From contig JBFLGF010000093.1 of assembly GCA_050230475.1 (NCBI GenBank), positions 62,001 to 126,000 of the forward strand: a stretch of DNA of 64,000 nt. The letters run 5' to 3'. This document shows, piece by piece, positions 49,402 through 63,485 of the stretch. The first letter of the stretch is position 1. Each line of letters opens with the position of its first letter. Position numbers and translations under genes: made by a program. This stretch comes from Ancylonema sp. Lineage: Eukaryota. The notes beneath the pieces were generated by a model. That model was not told the DNA's origin. It saw only the letters and a list, made by a program, of their open reading frames with translations, and did no database searches.

Positions 49402-50195
49402 GGGAACGCGTATCCGCACCCACTTTTCCTTATCCGCACCCAGTCGGCCAGTCGCGTACCGGCTGGTGATATGGCCGTTTGGGACTTGCCGTAAAAAATA
49501 ATTAGGATAACCCGGACTGCAACACGTGTAACAATACTGCCACATCAGCGAAACGAAGAATGAGGTCTGGTAGCCTCCCTTTCCACTCAATTCAGCCTCA
49601 ACAGCACCCTGACGCTGCCAGCGAACCTTTCACTGCGGGCTCTTGTCATCCGCAGCCCTACAATTTATCCGATCTGAGCGATCTTGCAACCAAATTGAAT
49701 TCGGAGACACGCCGTGTAATCCTAGTCTTAATTTCTCATGAAATTGATTTACGAAAAATTACTTCTGACGTCAGAATATAGCACTATATAACAATAATAT
49801 GGCAAGAAAGCGCGCGCAAACAACATAATAAGAAGCATTAAAACCAATTTTTATTTTTTCTTTCGCGAATGCACAGCATATTGTCAGAGCAACACTTTCA
49901 TCGTAAAATTTTAAAGAAAGGTAGGGTATGCACTCGATGCGGATAAATCGTGGCAGCCAAGGAAGGTAGTAAAGAAATCGATTCGGGAAAGGCCGTGGAC
50001 CAGGTGACGCTGGCTCACGTACAGCGGCGACTATGCCACGATAAACCGAGATACTACCAAGATTAACGTCAGCATCGATTTTACGTGTAGTACCGGGGAA
50101 CTCGACGGCAAGTTTCAAACGGCCAAATCACCAGCCGGTACGCGACTGGCCGACTGGGTGCGGATAAGGAAAAGTGGGTGCGGATACGCGTTCCC
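49402..50195. mobile_element. Non-autonomous Mutator-like element (MULE)
   Basis: About 91-bp near-perfect TIRs starting GGGAACGCG; perfect 9-bp TSD TTTGGAAAT at 49393-49401 and 50196-50204. Confidence 0.92.
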
Positions 50196-50616
50196 TTTGG
50201 AAATACCCCCCCCCCCCCGGGTAATAAGAATACAATTTTAACGCCTATGGGTCAGCTCCGTGCGCGAGATTTGCGCACGCATGCAAAATACGTGCGGGAC
50301 GCGCACTTGAAAGACCACATTTGAGAGGGCGACAATAGGCAAATATCACTATATCGAGAGGAAGTAAAATTCAGGTCGATATTTTTAACGGAGGTGGCTC
50401 ATCTAAACGGCTTTCGTTATAACATCCTCTCGCTATAGTAAAGCCTGTCTGCATGACGACTGTTGGAACCATAAAAAAAAATGAAATTAGACTCGTGATA
50501 AAATTACGGGTCACCTTTTGGCAAAAAACAATTCGGGCCGAATATTGTGCGTTAAAATAGACAGGTTATTAATTTTCACAGTATAAATTTAGACAGGTTT
50601 CACCGTATTGTGACTA

Positions 50617-51698
50617 GGGTGGGACCCAACCGCCAGAATCCCAACAATTGGCGGTTGGCCGATCGCCAACCGCCTCCAACCACCACCCAACCGCTCCAAC
50701 CGCCACCCAGCCGTCCAGCCGCCTTCCAACCGCCCCACCGCCATCCAGCCGCCACCCAGCCGCCACCCAACCGCCAAACAAGAGCCCGACGGCCGCCAAT
50801 CCACCCAACCGCAGACGGTTGGAAGGCGACTGCGGATCGTACGCTGAATAGGGTGGGCGCCCAACCACCGACCGCCAACCGCCAAACGCCCAGCTGCCGG
50901 TTTGCCGACAGCCATTTTAACGGACCTCTGTCCAACCGGGATACCGCCACCCAACCGTCCGAATGCCACCCGACCGCCTACCGCCGCTTAGGGCGGTTGG
51001 GCGACTGGACGGCGGTTGGAGAAGTTGGATGGCGGTTGGGCGTAGATAGATATTCATGAGTAGGGGCGTGAATAGTCTACGTGAAAGAATTCGAGGTCCA
51101 ATCAGAATCATGGTTAAGAGCTCGATTCTCAACGGCCGATGAAAATCGGGAAAACCCGGGGCCTCACTGGCACAGTTGCATGTACGGACACTGCGACATA
51201 CACGTGCGGGACTCATTTCCCGCACGAAAAAATGTACGGCGTCCTCGCATACCTGTGCACCGACCTAACCACAAAATCGGACGGAATATAGGGGGGGACG
51301 GTCTATGGGAAGGACTGAGTCCGTCCGATCCGTTTTTTTTTCAAAAAAGTGGAAAGATTCTGTAGCGAGTATTGCGGATCTTGTGACACCAGGGGACTCC
51401 TACGGCATCGCGGGGTGGGACGGTGTCCTTAACGACAATCCGCCGATGCAGGGATACTCTCCGCCTTTACACGTTTCAGCGTACGATCCGCAATCGCCTT
51501 CCAACCGTCGGCGGTTGGGCGGATTGGCGGCCGTCGGGCTCTGGTTGGGTGGTGGTTGGATGGCGGTTGGATGGCGGCTGGGCAGTTGGACGGCGGTTGG
51601 ACAGTTGGGTGGCGGTTGGAGCAGTTGGGTGGCGGTTGGAGTCGGTTGGCGGGCGGCCGACCGCCGACCGTTGGGATTCTGGCGGTTGGATCCCACCC
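50617..51698. mobile_element. Foldback-type element with about 230-bp inverted arms built of CCAACCG repeats
   Basis: Arm 50617-50848 is the reverse complement of 51475-51698; flanked by TA (CTA/TAA); superfamily uncertain. Confidence 0.8.
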
Positions 51699-54600
51699 TA
51701 ACGTGTGTCACTATAGCGATTGCCACTCTATAGAGTAGGTTTTTATATAACATTAGAAAAAGGACAAAACAAATGTCACTATATCGCGATTGTCACTGTA
51801 CAGTGTGTCACTATATCAAGACTGCACTGTATTCGCATATTCGTAATGTTGGAGCTCTCGTATGCTTACAGCGAATGGTTGGCAACACTGTTCGAAACAA
51901 ACGTGGTTGCGCCTACAAGGATTTGCGGCTTGAGTTTTTGGATAACTTTTAACGAATATGCTGTGCTGGCAGCTCAACCGCGACACCTCCATCCGCTATA
52001 CCGTCTTTACAAATCTCACGGTGGACTAGCAAATGACGCTGGTCTAGATGGTAAAGGGCGGGGGCAAAAAAAAAGACTCTTCCTTGGTAGTCGCACATTA
52101 TTTTTTTGTTCCCCCTCCGATGGTGAATCTCTAAATTTTTGCTTCATCAAAATTCCTACCCGCACGCCTCCCCCTGACGCCTAGAATCGCGGGAGGAGTA
52201 TGTATTCGGCGAAGTATACTGCGAGCGTGGAGCTAGAGTTTCCCACGCACTCAGCATGCGGACTATTTCACGTACATATCTTCGGTCAAAAATCGATCCT
52301 GTGACCCGGGTATGAATACAAGATTTGAGTGGTTTGTTTGCCCACTGACCAGACGGCTGCTCTTGCAGGGAGAGTTGCATACCTTCTTTTTCATGCGAAC
52401 GTGCTAGAGCTAGGCTTGTTATGCTTTCAGGAGGGAGACGCCAGTGGACTGCTGGAAATTTCGCCCGTATTGGAACCTGGCCACAAAGTGCGCCGTTGAG
52501 GCCTATATGCAGAATATGTGGATTTCCACCCAAACACCAATTCGAAAGACGTCCATGAAATATGCAAGTGCCAAGACGCTAGTGACTATTGTCTCGGGCC
52601 GCTATCTGGTTGTCGTACGGGGCAAGGACAAGTTCTTTTATATATATTCTCTCGAGCTGGTCCACCTGTCTACCTGACTGAGGTGTCATCATCGGTAAGT
52701 AAGGTACGCAGGCTGATGTGTTCCAACAAACGGAGATATAATCAACAACTTGTTTTGTCTTCCGTTTGCAAGGAATTCGCAGAGGCATTCTGACGGACAT
52801 TGCCGGTGTATCGTGCAAGCGCCCACTTTGACATTGCATGTGGATACACTTGCAATGCACAGATGCGCCTGATCGGATGCTGCATGTAGCATGCTGTTGG
52901 ACTCTTAGAAATTGTTGAGCCCTAATATAATGTAGCAATCACGGTGCAGAATTTAGAAGGGATGAACAACCGTGTCGTGGAGAAGGCAGTAGTGGTGTGC
53001 TCCCCCTCCCACTGCGGAGAAGGTATGGGGCGCTTCTACGGTAGAATGTCAATCTGCAAAGAAAGTTGCCTCTCTTTTGTATGACATGAACTCATGGTAA
53101 CACGATTCGTATCGAGGAGAGGAGAAAAGGCATGAATGGTGATGACGAGAGGACACAAGGAATACAAAGCGGAAATTGTGATGAAGAGTCACAAAGGTAT
53201 CCTCTGCGGCCACATCCACAAAAGTCTTCAACACTTGAACGATGTTCGGGGGAAAGTACGAAGAAACCCGCATGTTCTTCGGGTAATTTTTCGGTTATTG
53301 AGGAGGATCCAGACGTTATGGTAGATGGGAACAGTCCGGCATTTGGTGTTCACTCAAGGACCATGGCCGTTGGCCTACAGCCTTTTACGCATACTCATCT
53401 GCGTCAAGCATCTGATTTTGTGCACCTTTGTCCAACAAGTGCGTCTATGCCATGTTGTTTCTGCACAACCTGCTTGTCTTCCATAGACAGAGAACGAAAA
53501 AGACTTAGTGCCCAAAACAAGTGTGCTCGTGTGTTCTCCAGATTCTGGCCCAATCATAGTCCTTACCCCAAAGGTGCTTCATGGCAAAAACCTCGACATG
53601 CGACTCGTTTCAGGGCCCAACTTACAAGCTGTGTGGGGGAAACGGAGATGACGCCTTCCACTTCCCCATAGGAACTAGTCTTCCAATTGACGAAAATCCC
53701 ATGCAACCTGACGACTGCTGACCAGGTCCAGGCCAGCCCACTCCTTCACGCTAGTCAAGGGTCGGCAGATGGATGGAGAGGTGGAGGTGGGGAGGATTTG
53801 AAGGAGAAGGGGAAAGAGCAGAGGCGGATATAACCGAATGGGAGGAAGGGGAAGGGTTATGGAAGGTCGAGGAAGGGGCAAGTAGAGATTTCGAGGAAAC
53901 AAGGAAGAAAGTGAAGGCACGTAGAGTTGCAAACGAAAGCTTGTCCGCGTTGTCACCAAGGGCAAGTGAAGATGTGGAGAGTGAAGAAACGTGACAAGTG
54001 GACTAGGTAGCGAACAAGTCGATATTGTTGTTCATTAGTTGTTAAAAAATCATATGATAAAATTTGGTGTTTTACTGTGTTTTTATTTTTGTTATATATA
54101 TATATATATTTATATATATAAAGTAGGATGTATACTAGGGGAAACATATGGAGTTTAACATGCATCAAATAGATCGGTTCCTTTTGTAGTCTCTTGTGTA
54201 TGGGTTGAGTGCCATCTATGCGTGTTGCCATGTTTAGGTTGCATGCATGATGATTGATTCGCCTCCCTTTATTTGATGCCATAGTTAGGTCCCTCTCACG
54301 TTCCCAGCGCCAAAGGATCTACACGCTATCGTTAATTTCCCAAGCGCTTTGATGCATAGTGGGAGGTTGCCTTGTACCTGGCTTTACTTTCCGTTGGTGT
54401 GCAAAATACGAAAATGAATTGTGCAAGTCCTCACGATAGAGTGCATTATACAACACAAGTAAGTATTCAAACAAATCATTTGTGACCTATGCTTAAATAA
54501 TACATTGGGGGTTGTGTCTTTATTCCGACTTGGTTCCAAACACTCACCCCATCGGATCCGTTCACGTTCGATTCGCGAGTATAAACAGTCGAGTGGTTCG

Positions 54601-56171
54601 GGGCTGATTCGTGACACGTAATATGCCAATAACTTGTAAGCAAGCTAGTCGTATAGTTGCACGTTTTGGTTTAGTCGTATAGTTGCACGATTAAGCGGAC
54701 AGCAGTGGGACCCAGTCCGGAGTCGGGACCCGATCGGATTGAGGAACATTTAGGACTTTCTTTGTCCTTCGGTTTTTTTCCGAAGAAAAAAATTGAAAAA
54801 GTTTAAACAAAATCGAAGTGTGTTTTTATCTAACAGTTCATTGACTGCGCGGTTGATCTTTGGTTTCACAAAAATGGTTTGGATGGATGCATACGTATTC
54901 ACACTCGGATAAGCATGCAATTGAAGAGGAGGACGAGTTAAATTACGAGGACGACGGCTTTTATGATTTTGGGGCTTCATCCAGTACCAAGGTATCTCAC
55001 GTCACAAGAGGTGGTATGTTGATATCAACGATGAAGTTTCATTGTCGTAGGAACGAATTTTGAATCAAGTTTAGAATGATGTAAACGAAGAGTGTTTGCA
55101 AATACTATTGTAGGTGTAAGGGGGGGGGGGGAATAAGTTCCGGTGGTTTAGTATAAAAAATCACGCCTTTAAACAAATGAGATTCAACGCATGCACAACA
55201 TCCCCATCTCCAAGCAAGGCTCGCTGTTTTGAGCCGGGTTACGGGCGGCAAAATGAGCTTCTAGTGCCCTACCGGTGGGAGTCCGGACATCCAAAAATTA
55301 TGCATGTGTTCTTAGGTGTAGGTTGGGGGATACTAAGGATACGGAGGGGTAGATGGTTGTTAGAGGCCTATGAAGGATAAAATTGTCGATTTTGAAAGGA
55401 TTTTAGGAGCTGATTTGATTACAATGCATATGTTATAGTAAAATCTGTACAAATTAATACTATCGGTCCCGGATTTTTTACAATATATAACATGTTATTA
55501 ATCAACACGTCAGATTTTGGGTGGAAGACTACATATCAGATTAAAAAGGTTATTGATTATCATAGTATTAGTAAGGACATGCTTCACTAGGGTGGGGCAA
55601 TTGTAGGTCGTTAATCGCCCGGAAACGGGTGGGCGGAATGCTCGGGCGTGAAATTGAATTTCCAGGGGGGTGGGCGGATTGTTGGAGCTGATTATCTCGA
55701 TTTGGTATTTGCTGGGGCATAAAACATGGCGGGTACGGTATGTCACTACCGTACCGGCCAGGTTTGATGCCCCACCCTACCTGAAACGGAAATAATAAGC
55801 CAAAGAGTCAATGGCTTATTAGTATTAGGGTGGGCGGATTGTTGGGTCTTTGGCAAAGACCCTCTAGAAGACCGTCCGCCTCCATTCTGTCGTCTGATTC
55901 GTATCCGTAGGTCGGTGCACGGGTCTGGTCGCACACATGCTCTTGCGAGACATAAATTCCGCACGTATGTTCCGTACAATTTGTACATGCCAATCCTGAC
56001 ACTTGGCGGTCAGTCGCTTGTAATGGAGAAGGACCGAGGCTTGTTCCAAAAACCGGGAATTACGTGACTTAAGGCCCTAGGAGCGACCTAGGAACTAATA
56101 TTATGACCCAAACTTTAGACTCAACGGCAACTTGATAATTAATTTCCGGGTCATTGAATCTGGCCGATACG

Positions 56172-56283
56172 GGTATAGCAACTGTTACTATATGGAGTAG
56201 GTTTTCATGTAGGAGTTGGCAGAAAAATGTCATTATATGGAGATTGTCATTGAAGAGTGTATCCCTATATCATGACTGCACTG
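56172..56283. mobile_element. Right-end fragment of the 49082-51829 family
   Basis: Similar to 51712-51829; ends GACTGCACTG-TA. Confidence 0.65.
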
Positions 56284-56696
56284 TAGGACGTGGACAGAAA
56301 GCATAGTTGGCTACGCACCGGGCGGAAGATTTTCTGCCCGGGGCGCCGCCCCGGGCGAGCCCTTCCGGGGCGGAAAGCTGGGCGGAATTTGCGGGGCAGA
56401 GCCATAAACCAAAACACTTTTTTTTTGCCGCAATGCGGAGATATGGGCGAATTTGTTCAAAACCGACTTCTTGCAGAGTATGTGCCATACGCCACACTTC
56501 CGACATCATATACTGTCTCCCATGATTCCGACTCCGTGGCGTGGCGTGGTATAATGCGATAAAAACAACAAATGAAAAAAAGAAAACTTGGGATATACAA
56601 AAGATTTTTACACGAGTAAAGATGGTAGGCGTACTTAGTATTATAAATTCATGAATACTTGTCGGATTTGAATTTTTAAAAAACGTACATCGTTTA

Positions 56697-57651
56697 CAGT
56701 GCTCCCTCGATATAAGGACCAACTTTTTTTTCAAAAAAAGTGACCTTGTATCGAGGTGTCCTCATACACTCTGTAAGGACATTCACTTCTGGATTTTAAA
56801 ATGTGTGTCCTTATATCGAGGGACTTCGTGAATGAAGCAAAGTAAATAAACAAATATGTTCTTCACAAGTTGCCTAAAATTAGTTGCGTTAACATCATAA
56901 TCCAATTCAGCATGGGTGTTGTGATGCAAGCTATACAAATGAGACCAATACATTGCGACTAGCGAAAAACAATTAACCAACTTTACGAGAAGAGTTGAAT
57001 AGTATTAAGGAGGTACTAAGCAACAAAGTTTTCGCATATTTTGTTGGACATGGAGTATACACTATGGTCATGAACACCATGGACAACTGGTGAAAGGAAA
57101 GACAAATCAATACTTGCCATGAAGAGAACTATATGAGATCCAAATTGTGAATCGCAAACAAACTACACAAACTAGATTTATCTTGTACCTTCCAACAAAC
57201 TAGATTTATCAAATTCCTTGTGTACATTTCAATGAAATGACTTCATGATGTGAAGAAATGATTCAAACATTGTCATACAACTTTCAATATGGCATAACAA
57301 ATGGACACACGTACGGACATATAACGACATGATTCGACCCTAACGAGCATGAAAGAACCGTTGAATATTAGTTTGCACCCATGATTTTCATCAATTGCGT
57401 CGACGTTTTCTTTGTAACTTCTATATTCTATATTTTTCTCGATTTCCATACATCGTTATATGGGAGAAACAACGTTTTATACACTGTATGAGGACATTCA
57501 CTAACAACTTTCTGAAATAATTTATATTTATATAGAGTGTCGTTATGCTTATATCGAGGGCGATTTTGTATGATTTCAACAAAGTTTAGAAAAAACGTCT
57601 TTTTATCGAGGTTGTCCTTATAAAGAGGGTCCTTATATCGAGCGAGCACTG
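56697..57651. mobile_element. pogo/Tigger-like MITE
   Basis: TIR CAGTGCTC(C/G)CTCGATATAAGGACC with TA TSD. Confidence 0.85.
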
Positions 57652-58168
57652 TACGTGGTCTTGGGATCCTTTTTGCAACAAAGGGAGAGCATGCGGGCAC
57701 CCCCCTCCGACTAGCCCGCTGTCTTTTCCTTTAAAATAGGCAAGTTCAAAAATTCATAGCTGCCAAACGTTTGGCGATATTTATTTTTTATTTTGTTCTG
57801 TAGAAGCAACTACGAAGTAAATATTAGCATTTTTTGTTTTTTTTTCGATCAATCTGGAGTAAAAAAAATGGAGAGACTTCGGGCTGTCGGAGGGGGGTGC
57901 CCGCAGTCGCTTTGGGGGGTGCCCGCAGTCTCTCCCTTATAAAAAACCTAAAAAACCCCCGGGCGATTTTTTTTCCGCCCGGAGCGCCGCTTGGGGCGAG
58001 TTGATTGGTGCGCAAATTGGGGCGAAATTTGCGGGGCGGAGCCAACTATGACTGAAATCCGGATTTGTCCAATCCGCTTACCGTACCGTGCTCCTGAACG
58101 CGCTAGCGCTCGGTTTAAAGCTCCGTACCCTTGCCTTGTTTCTGTAACTTCCCAGAAACACGCATGTA

Positions 58169-58837
58169 CCGTACTGGGCACCGTAAATGATTTTTAATTA
58201 ATTATTGAAACCCGAAAGTAATCATTTAAATTAATTACTAAATGGTAGAAAAAGGATACTCAAAATCATTAATAAAACCCGTTTTCGGAATCATTTACGG
58301 GAAATTCGGGGTCACCTAGATGTGACTCTAGATGTGATGAAACGGGGTACACGCCAAAGTGGGCACGTGCAAAAGGACGTTTTTTTGGACGAGCGACATT
58401 TACGACCTCAGAAACTACGTACAGGGCCCTACAGTCCCCCGATATGGGAATTATCAATGATTAGACGCGCTACACGACAAATGAAGACCATCCATAACGA
58501 TAAAATTGTGGCTAGTCAATATCGCGACTAGTACGAGTGCTTGCCACGTGCACTTATGACGTCAAAATGTACGGTCAAGATGTAAGAATGACCCAGATAA
58601 AGAGAAAAAGAAAAAGATAAGTTGATTTTTAATTCCTAAACAAGGAAATCTTTTACGCATTTTATTCCTACAATCCAGAACCATCCCCAAAAATCATTAA
58701 TAATAACTAACGGATTCATAGAATCATTACCAGAAATCATCGATAATAACTAACGGAATCCCGGGATTATTTTGAAAAATCATTACGAAAATAATTAATT
58801 TTGGGGAAACTGAAATCATTTAGGGTGCCCAGTACGG
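58169..58837. mobile_element. Tc2-like MITE
   Basis: TIR CCGTACTGGGCACC(G/C)TAAATGATTT with TA TSD; same family as 10243-10568. Confidence 0.88.
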
Positions 58838-59949
58838 TATCGCTCACACGTGTGAATGCTTGTCTGTTTACCTGATTCGTGCGTCCTGCTTCCTTCCGCC
58901 TAAGGTGCCGAACGCACTAAGTCAAACTCAACTGGTGGTGATTTGTTCTCTGTCTTCGAAAATTGACCAGGAATGAGGAGGTACGGGGAAAGTCTGCCAT
59001 TCAATCAGCAGGTGACTATGAACATGTTTTTTGCCCAACATCGAATTCCATGTGTATGTGAACTTTTTGTATACGCGATTCTTAGAGTGTACCGTATATT
59101 CTAGCTGGAAAATGCGTAATCACGGAAAACGTGTGACGTCTGAGGCACCTTGGATTAATTTTGGAATCGACGTGAATGGAGCCATTGCCCCATGTGTCTT
59201 TCTGTTTATGCACTTACGTGATAAATAACCTTCGAAGCGCAGGCACCAATCTCCGATGGAGAAGAAAACGTAGAAAGAACTCAGAGGTAATCCCTCAACG
59301 CCTAGCCCGCTGCTGTATGGCTAACAAGTTCACTCACTGTATTTACGTCCGATTGTCTGGTCGTTTTCATACCTGGACAGGCATCTCTGTACGTGATACG
59401 ACTTTTAATGTTGACCTCAACATAATGCCTAGCTAGACTATGCCTGTTGCAAAGAAGTCAATACACCGTAATGGTCACAGATGATGTAAAAAACATGAAT
59501 CAGTCTACTGATAACCCATATATAGACCCGAAAAATTCGGGAAATGGGGCATTATTCTCTATGACCAGTACCGTAAGGTACGCATGTCGTACTCTACGAG
59601 CATCGTGTACTTATACACGTGTACGGGAGGGGACGGATATCCCGGTTGGTATCGGGGCACCCATAGACTCACGGTATTAAATCTTAAATAAAAGACATGA
59701 CCAAATATCAGGGTTCAAGTTTGGCCTTGTAAATTTTACGATATGGACCCACTTTGTGAATAATAAATTTATTCATCGCGGGGCAATAAACTTTACTTCT
59801 AAGGGATTGACCCGACCCACTGAAAATCTCCGACCCCCTTAGGAATTTTTTTGGGTCATTATCTACAGTACGGGAGTTGACATTTTCTTCAAGTATTTAT
59901 GTTTTTCAATGGGTGTTGTTTGATGGAGAGAGGTGGAACTCTCCCCCCC

Positions 59950-60640
59950 GAAACTTGTACTACTGTTTTGACAAAATGTTCGCTTCGGCCATCGTATGTG
60001 GTATTGGAAACATTCACAAGATTCGTAATATATTCGACTTTTCAGACGGATCGCAAGAGAGTTGGATGAGCGTGATCGAGGTCTGCAACAACATTATGAC
60101 ACACAGGAGGAGACATGGTCTCGGGGTTGGATGCGGTAGAGTTCGAAATTTTCATTTGTAGTGTGCCAGTGATTTCTCTTCATTCAAATCATATTCTCAA
60201 TTGAAGAAGTTGCATCTGGCCGTTATCCATTTTGGTCAAGAAATACGGTTGCGCATTTGTTTCCAACAGGGATGATGTTGCTCTTTGTCCGTTTTTTACA
60301 TACAGCATATTACATGTGATTTTCAGTTGGACTACCTTTTCTCGCTCACTAGCCTCAAAAACATTTTGTTGTAATTTATTGTAAAATCGAGAAATCAATA
60401 ATTGTCGGTATAAACAAATAGTCGAATAGTCGGAATAATTAGTCAAGTCATCATTTTGATAATGACCGGGACATCGATGACTAGACATTGTTGATTTGTG
60501 AGTGTGGGCTGCGGCGCCGCACTATTGAGGATAAGATTGTAGACATTTTGGAAATGATCGTGAGGAATAGATATAGAAAGCAATGTTGACATTGAGAATT
60601 CAATTACTCTATACATCTTGACATCCTTGCACAAAGCTGC
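59950..60640 (-). pseudogene. Possible highly degenerate non-LTR (LINE) reverse transcriptase fragment
   Basis: Across frames: VYNLILNS...VPVIIK / DDLTNYSDYSTICL ... ILRIL*MFPIP. This loosely resembles LINE RT motifs LFN..., VPIxKKGD, NYRPISL and GIP. Confidence 0.3.
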
Positions 60641-60645
60641 ACTCG

Positions 60646-60875
60646 TGTTGAATGCTTCTAGTAGTTCCCCTATGCTTCCCTAGTGTCAACTACTCGGGAT
60701 CATATTGTGGTAGTCCCTGCCCACAGAGAGGCAGAAGCGCGAGAGAAATGTATATCCAGAGAAAGACAGAGGTAAAGTTCCTCCCCACAAAGAGGCAAAA
60801 GTGCGAGGAAATCCCTGTCATGAAAGAAAGAGAAATGAGCGAAATGAAAAGTGAAATTCAATATGGTATCAGAGC
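60646..60875 (+). mobile_element. Short LTR (60646-60863) plus tRNA-Met PBS, orphan 5' end
   Basis: TGTTGAAT...ATTCAATA terminal inverted repeat followed directly by TGGTATCAGAGC at 60864-60875; truncated about 20 bp later. Confidence 0.65.
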
Positions 60876-60894
60876 AAGGCAAATGATCACGAAC

Positions 60895-63485
60895 GGGCAA
60901 AGTTTGCCCTCCTCCTTCCCATTACTCTCTCAGCTATGCTCCCAACATTCACCCCTTGCCCCCCCTCTACACCCCCTCCTTGAACTTCCTCCTCCTCGCC
61001 TGCCACACCTACGTTGTTGATCCCAGATTGGCTGTCAGACAGCTCAATCACAGCAATGGGGACCTCAGTAGCTGGTGGTGGCGGAAAATGTAATGGTGGG
61101 ATCTGGGCTACTGGGTTGTTGTGGGCGGCTGCTGCTACTGCTGGCTCCAATGCTGGCATTGCTGCTGGCACTACTGCTGCGACTGTTGCTGGCGTTGCTG
61201 CTCTCAGTGCTGCTTGCCCTGTCACCCCTCCAGCCTTAGGCTCATCATCCGTGTCGGGGAACGGCTGGAGAAAGTGTCCATCTGCATCGGCCTCGACTTG
61301 GGGAGCTCTCCCCCCCATGAGTCTCGGGTACCCCGGCACTTCCTCAAAGAAACGGACGTCTGTCCGCACCATCACGCCGGCTCTGAGCGGGTCGAAGATG
61401 TTGTAACCAGCTTGATCTGCTGCCAGCCCAATGGATACCCCAAAAGCAGTCCTGGCAGCATACTTGTCCCCTTGTTTATTTTTATCATGCCCAACTTTCA
61501 AATACTGCACTAGGCAGCCAAATGTGTGACTTCTTTTGTTCAGTTTGATTTGGCGTCCCGTCCACTTTTCAATAGGTATCCCCCTTGTCAATGAACTAGT
61601 GGGGTAGCTGTTCCTTAGCCAATTTGCATGCATTAGTGCCACATCCCAGTATGATTTAGGCAGTTTAGACCACATCAGCAAACATCTCATCTTCTCCATC
61701 AGTGTTCGGTTCAGCCTTTCACACATACCGTTCTGCTGAGGACTATAGGGGGCAGTCAGTTCATGTTTGATGCCTTTATCCTCACAATAGCCTTTCCACT
61801 CCTTGCTGGTATATTTCCCTCCTCCATCTGTCCTGATCGACTTTAACGGCAGTCGTGACTCAACCTCCAGTTTCTGTACATTGATGCGCGTTTGACTGAG
61901 AGCATCGCTCTTGTGCTTGAGAAGAGATACTGTTGACAGTCTAGAATTGACCTCTATCCCTGTCTAAGCATAATCAAACCCTCCGTGCATTGATTTGACA
62001 CCAAAAGGACCTATCAGATCTAGATGCAACCTCCCCATTTTTGGCATAGTGGCCACATCATCGCTGCCATTGCATGCCCCCTCTGTCCCATTTCCCTACA
62101 ACAGATCTCACAATCTCTTACCTCAGTCAATTCTTCTTGACTCAGTCTCGGTATGTCTCCACGTCTGGCCATGTCTGACATGGCTGGTATACCAGGGTGA
62201 CCCAGTTTGCCATGCCAGAGCATGCCTATGGATAGATTTGCTTGCAGACCAGATGAACCAGGCATGATGATAGATGCATGCAACAATGACAGATCATTCC
62301 TCTGCCTGTTGACATCATCCCATTTCTGTCCATTCTTAGTGAGTTTAGGGCCATGTGGGGTCTCGGCTAAGCTCAGCCCACCTCTCTGGACGAGGCAATC
62401 GGTGGACACTAGGGTCGCAGCGAATGTAGGGACGTGCAGAGCAGTGAGAGGGACGATGAAGAAGGAGTCGTCGTTCTTCACTCGAACGTGCACGAAGCCC
62501 GTCCCCTCGACCTTGTGAGGCGTGCCATCAGCCGTGTGGATGAATGAATGCTGCATCGGGACGTTGGTGTCGTACTCGACGAAGTGGTCTTTGTTTGTGA
62601 AGACGTGATCGGTCGAGCCTGAATCAAGCCACAGATGCGAGCAGTTCCAACTGCAAATCCGTGCGTGAGATGAGAATGTTGCATAGGCAAGGGATTTGGA
62701 TGCATCGAAGGGTGTGTCTGGACGTGCAGCAAGTCTAGCCTGAGCTTGATCACGAAGATTAGAATCTCAGGTGCAGCCAATGCCAGGTCAGAGCTACGCT
62801 TCATGCATTCTACCAATGTGTGCCCGAGCTTATCACAGTATCTGCATTTGGGTGTCGGACTGCCACTTCCCTGGCCAGCCGATCTTCCACCTCCCCCTTG
62901 CCGTTGCTGTCCACATTGCGACAGCTTGTGGCCGATCTGGTTGCAGCCATGGCACCCACCTCATTTACGTGTAGGGCAGTCCGATTTTAGGTGACCATGC
63001 TGGTTGCAGCCGTAGCACTGAATTCTCGACATGTCGCGACGTCCGGGACCGCCACTCCCACCAGGTCGACTTGGGCCAGCTCCGGAGGCCCGAGTAACCC
63101 CCTTTCCCCACGAAATTAGGGCCTGCTGCCCTCCCGGCAGCCTGGCAGCGCCCCTCTCTTCCGGCTCCCGTCGATCGCCAGCTGACAAAGTGCTGACGGC
63201 CTGAGGGATCGTGAAGAGTGTTGGCGCAAAAATTGCCTAAGACATCACACTCTCCACGCGCGCGCTGTAGCGAGTGTTAAGGGAATTCAAAAAGTTGATC
63301 GTCTGCGTCGCAGGCTTGACTGGCTCTCCCAGATGCCCCAGACGATCGTGCAGCTCCTGAAGCCGCCGCTTAACGTAGTCGCTCAAGTCCTCCGCCTCTC
63401 CCATGATAATCGCCGTGAGCTCAGCCTCAGCGTTGGCGATCTTAATGGCTCCCTGAATGTCGTAGAAGGCTTTCAGGGCGTCCCA
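60895..63485 (-). pseudogene. Copia element I (family of B): gag, protease, integrase fragment
   Basis: Collinear with 25840-28405; WHGKLGHPG, HLDLIGP, RTDGGG, PQQNGMCER. Confidence 0.92.

Larger units (their letters stand above)
49082..51829. mobile_element. pogo-like non-autonomous element carrying nested insertions
   Basis: TIRs CAGTGCAGTCTCGATATAGTG / CACTATATCAAGACTGCACTG with TA on both sides; repeated TCACTATA subterminal motifs. Confidence 0.75.

Noticed and set aside
50589..51753. Many overlapping Gly/Trp/Pro-rich ORFs
   Set aside because: By-products of the CCAACCG repeat arms.
52156..53994. Cys/His-rich ORF pieces as a KDZ or CACTA transposase
   Set aside because: No convincing catalytic or CxC motif could be identified by eye; needs a profile search.
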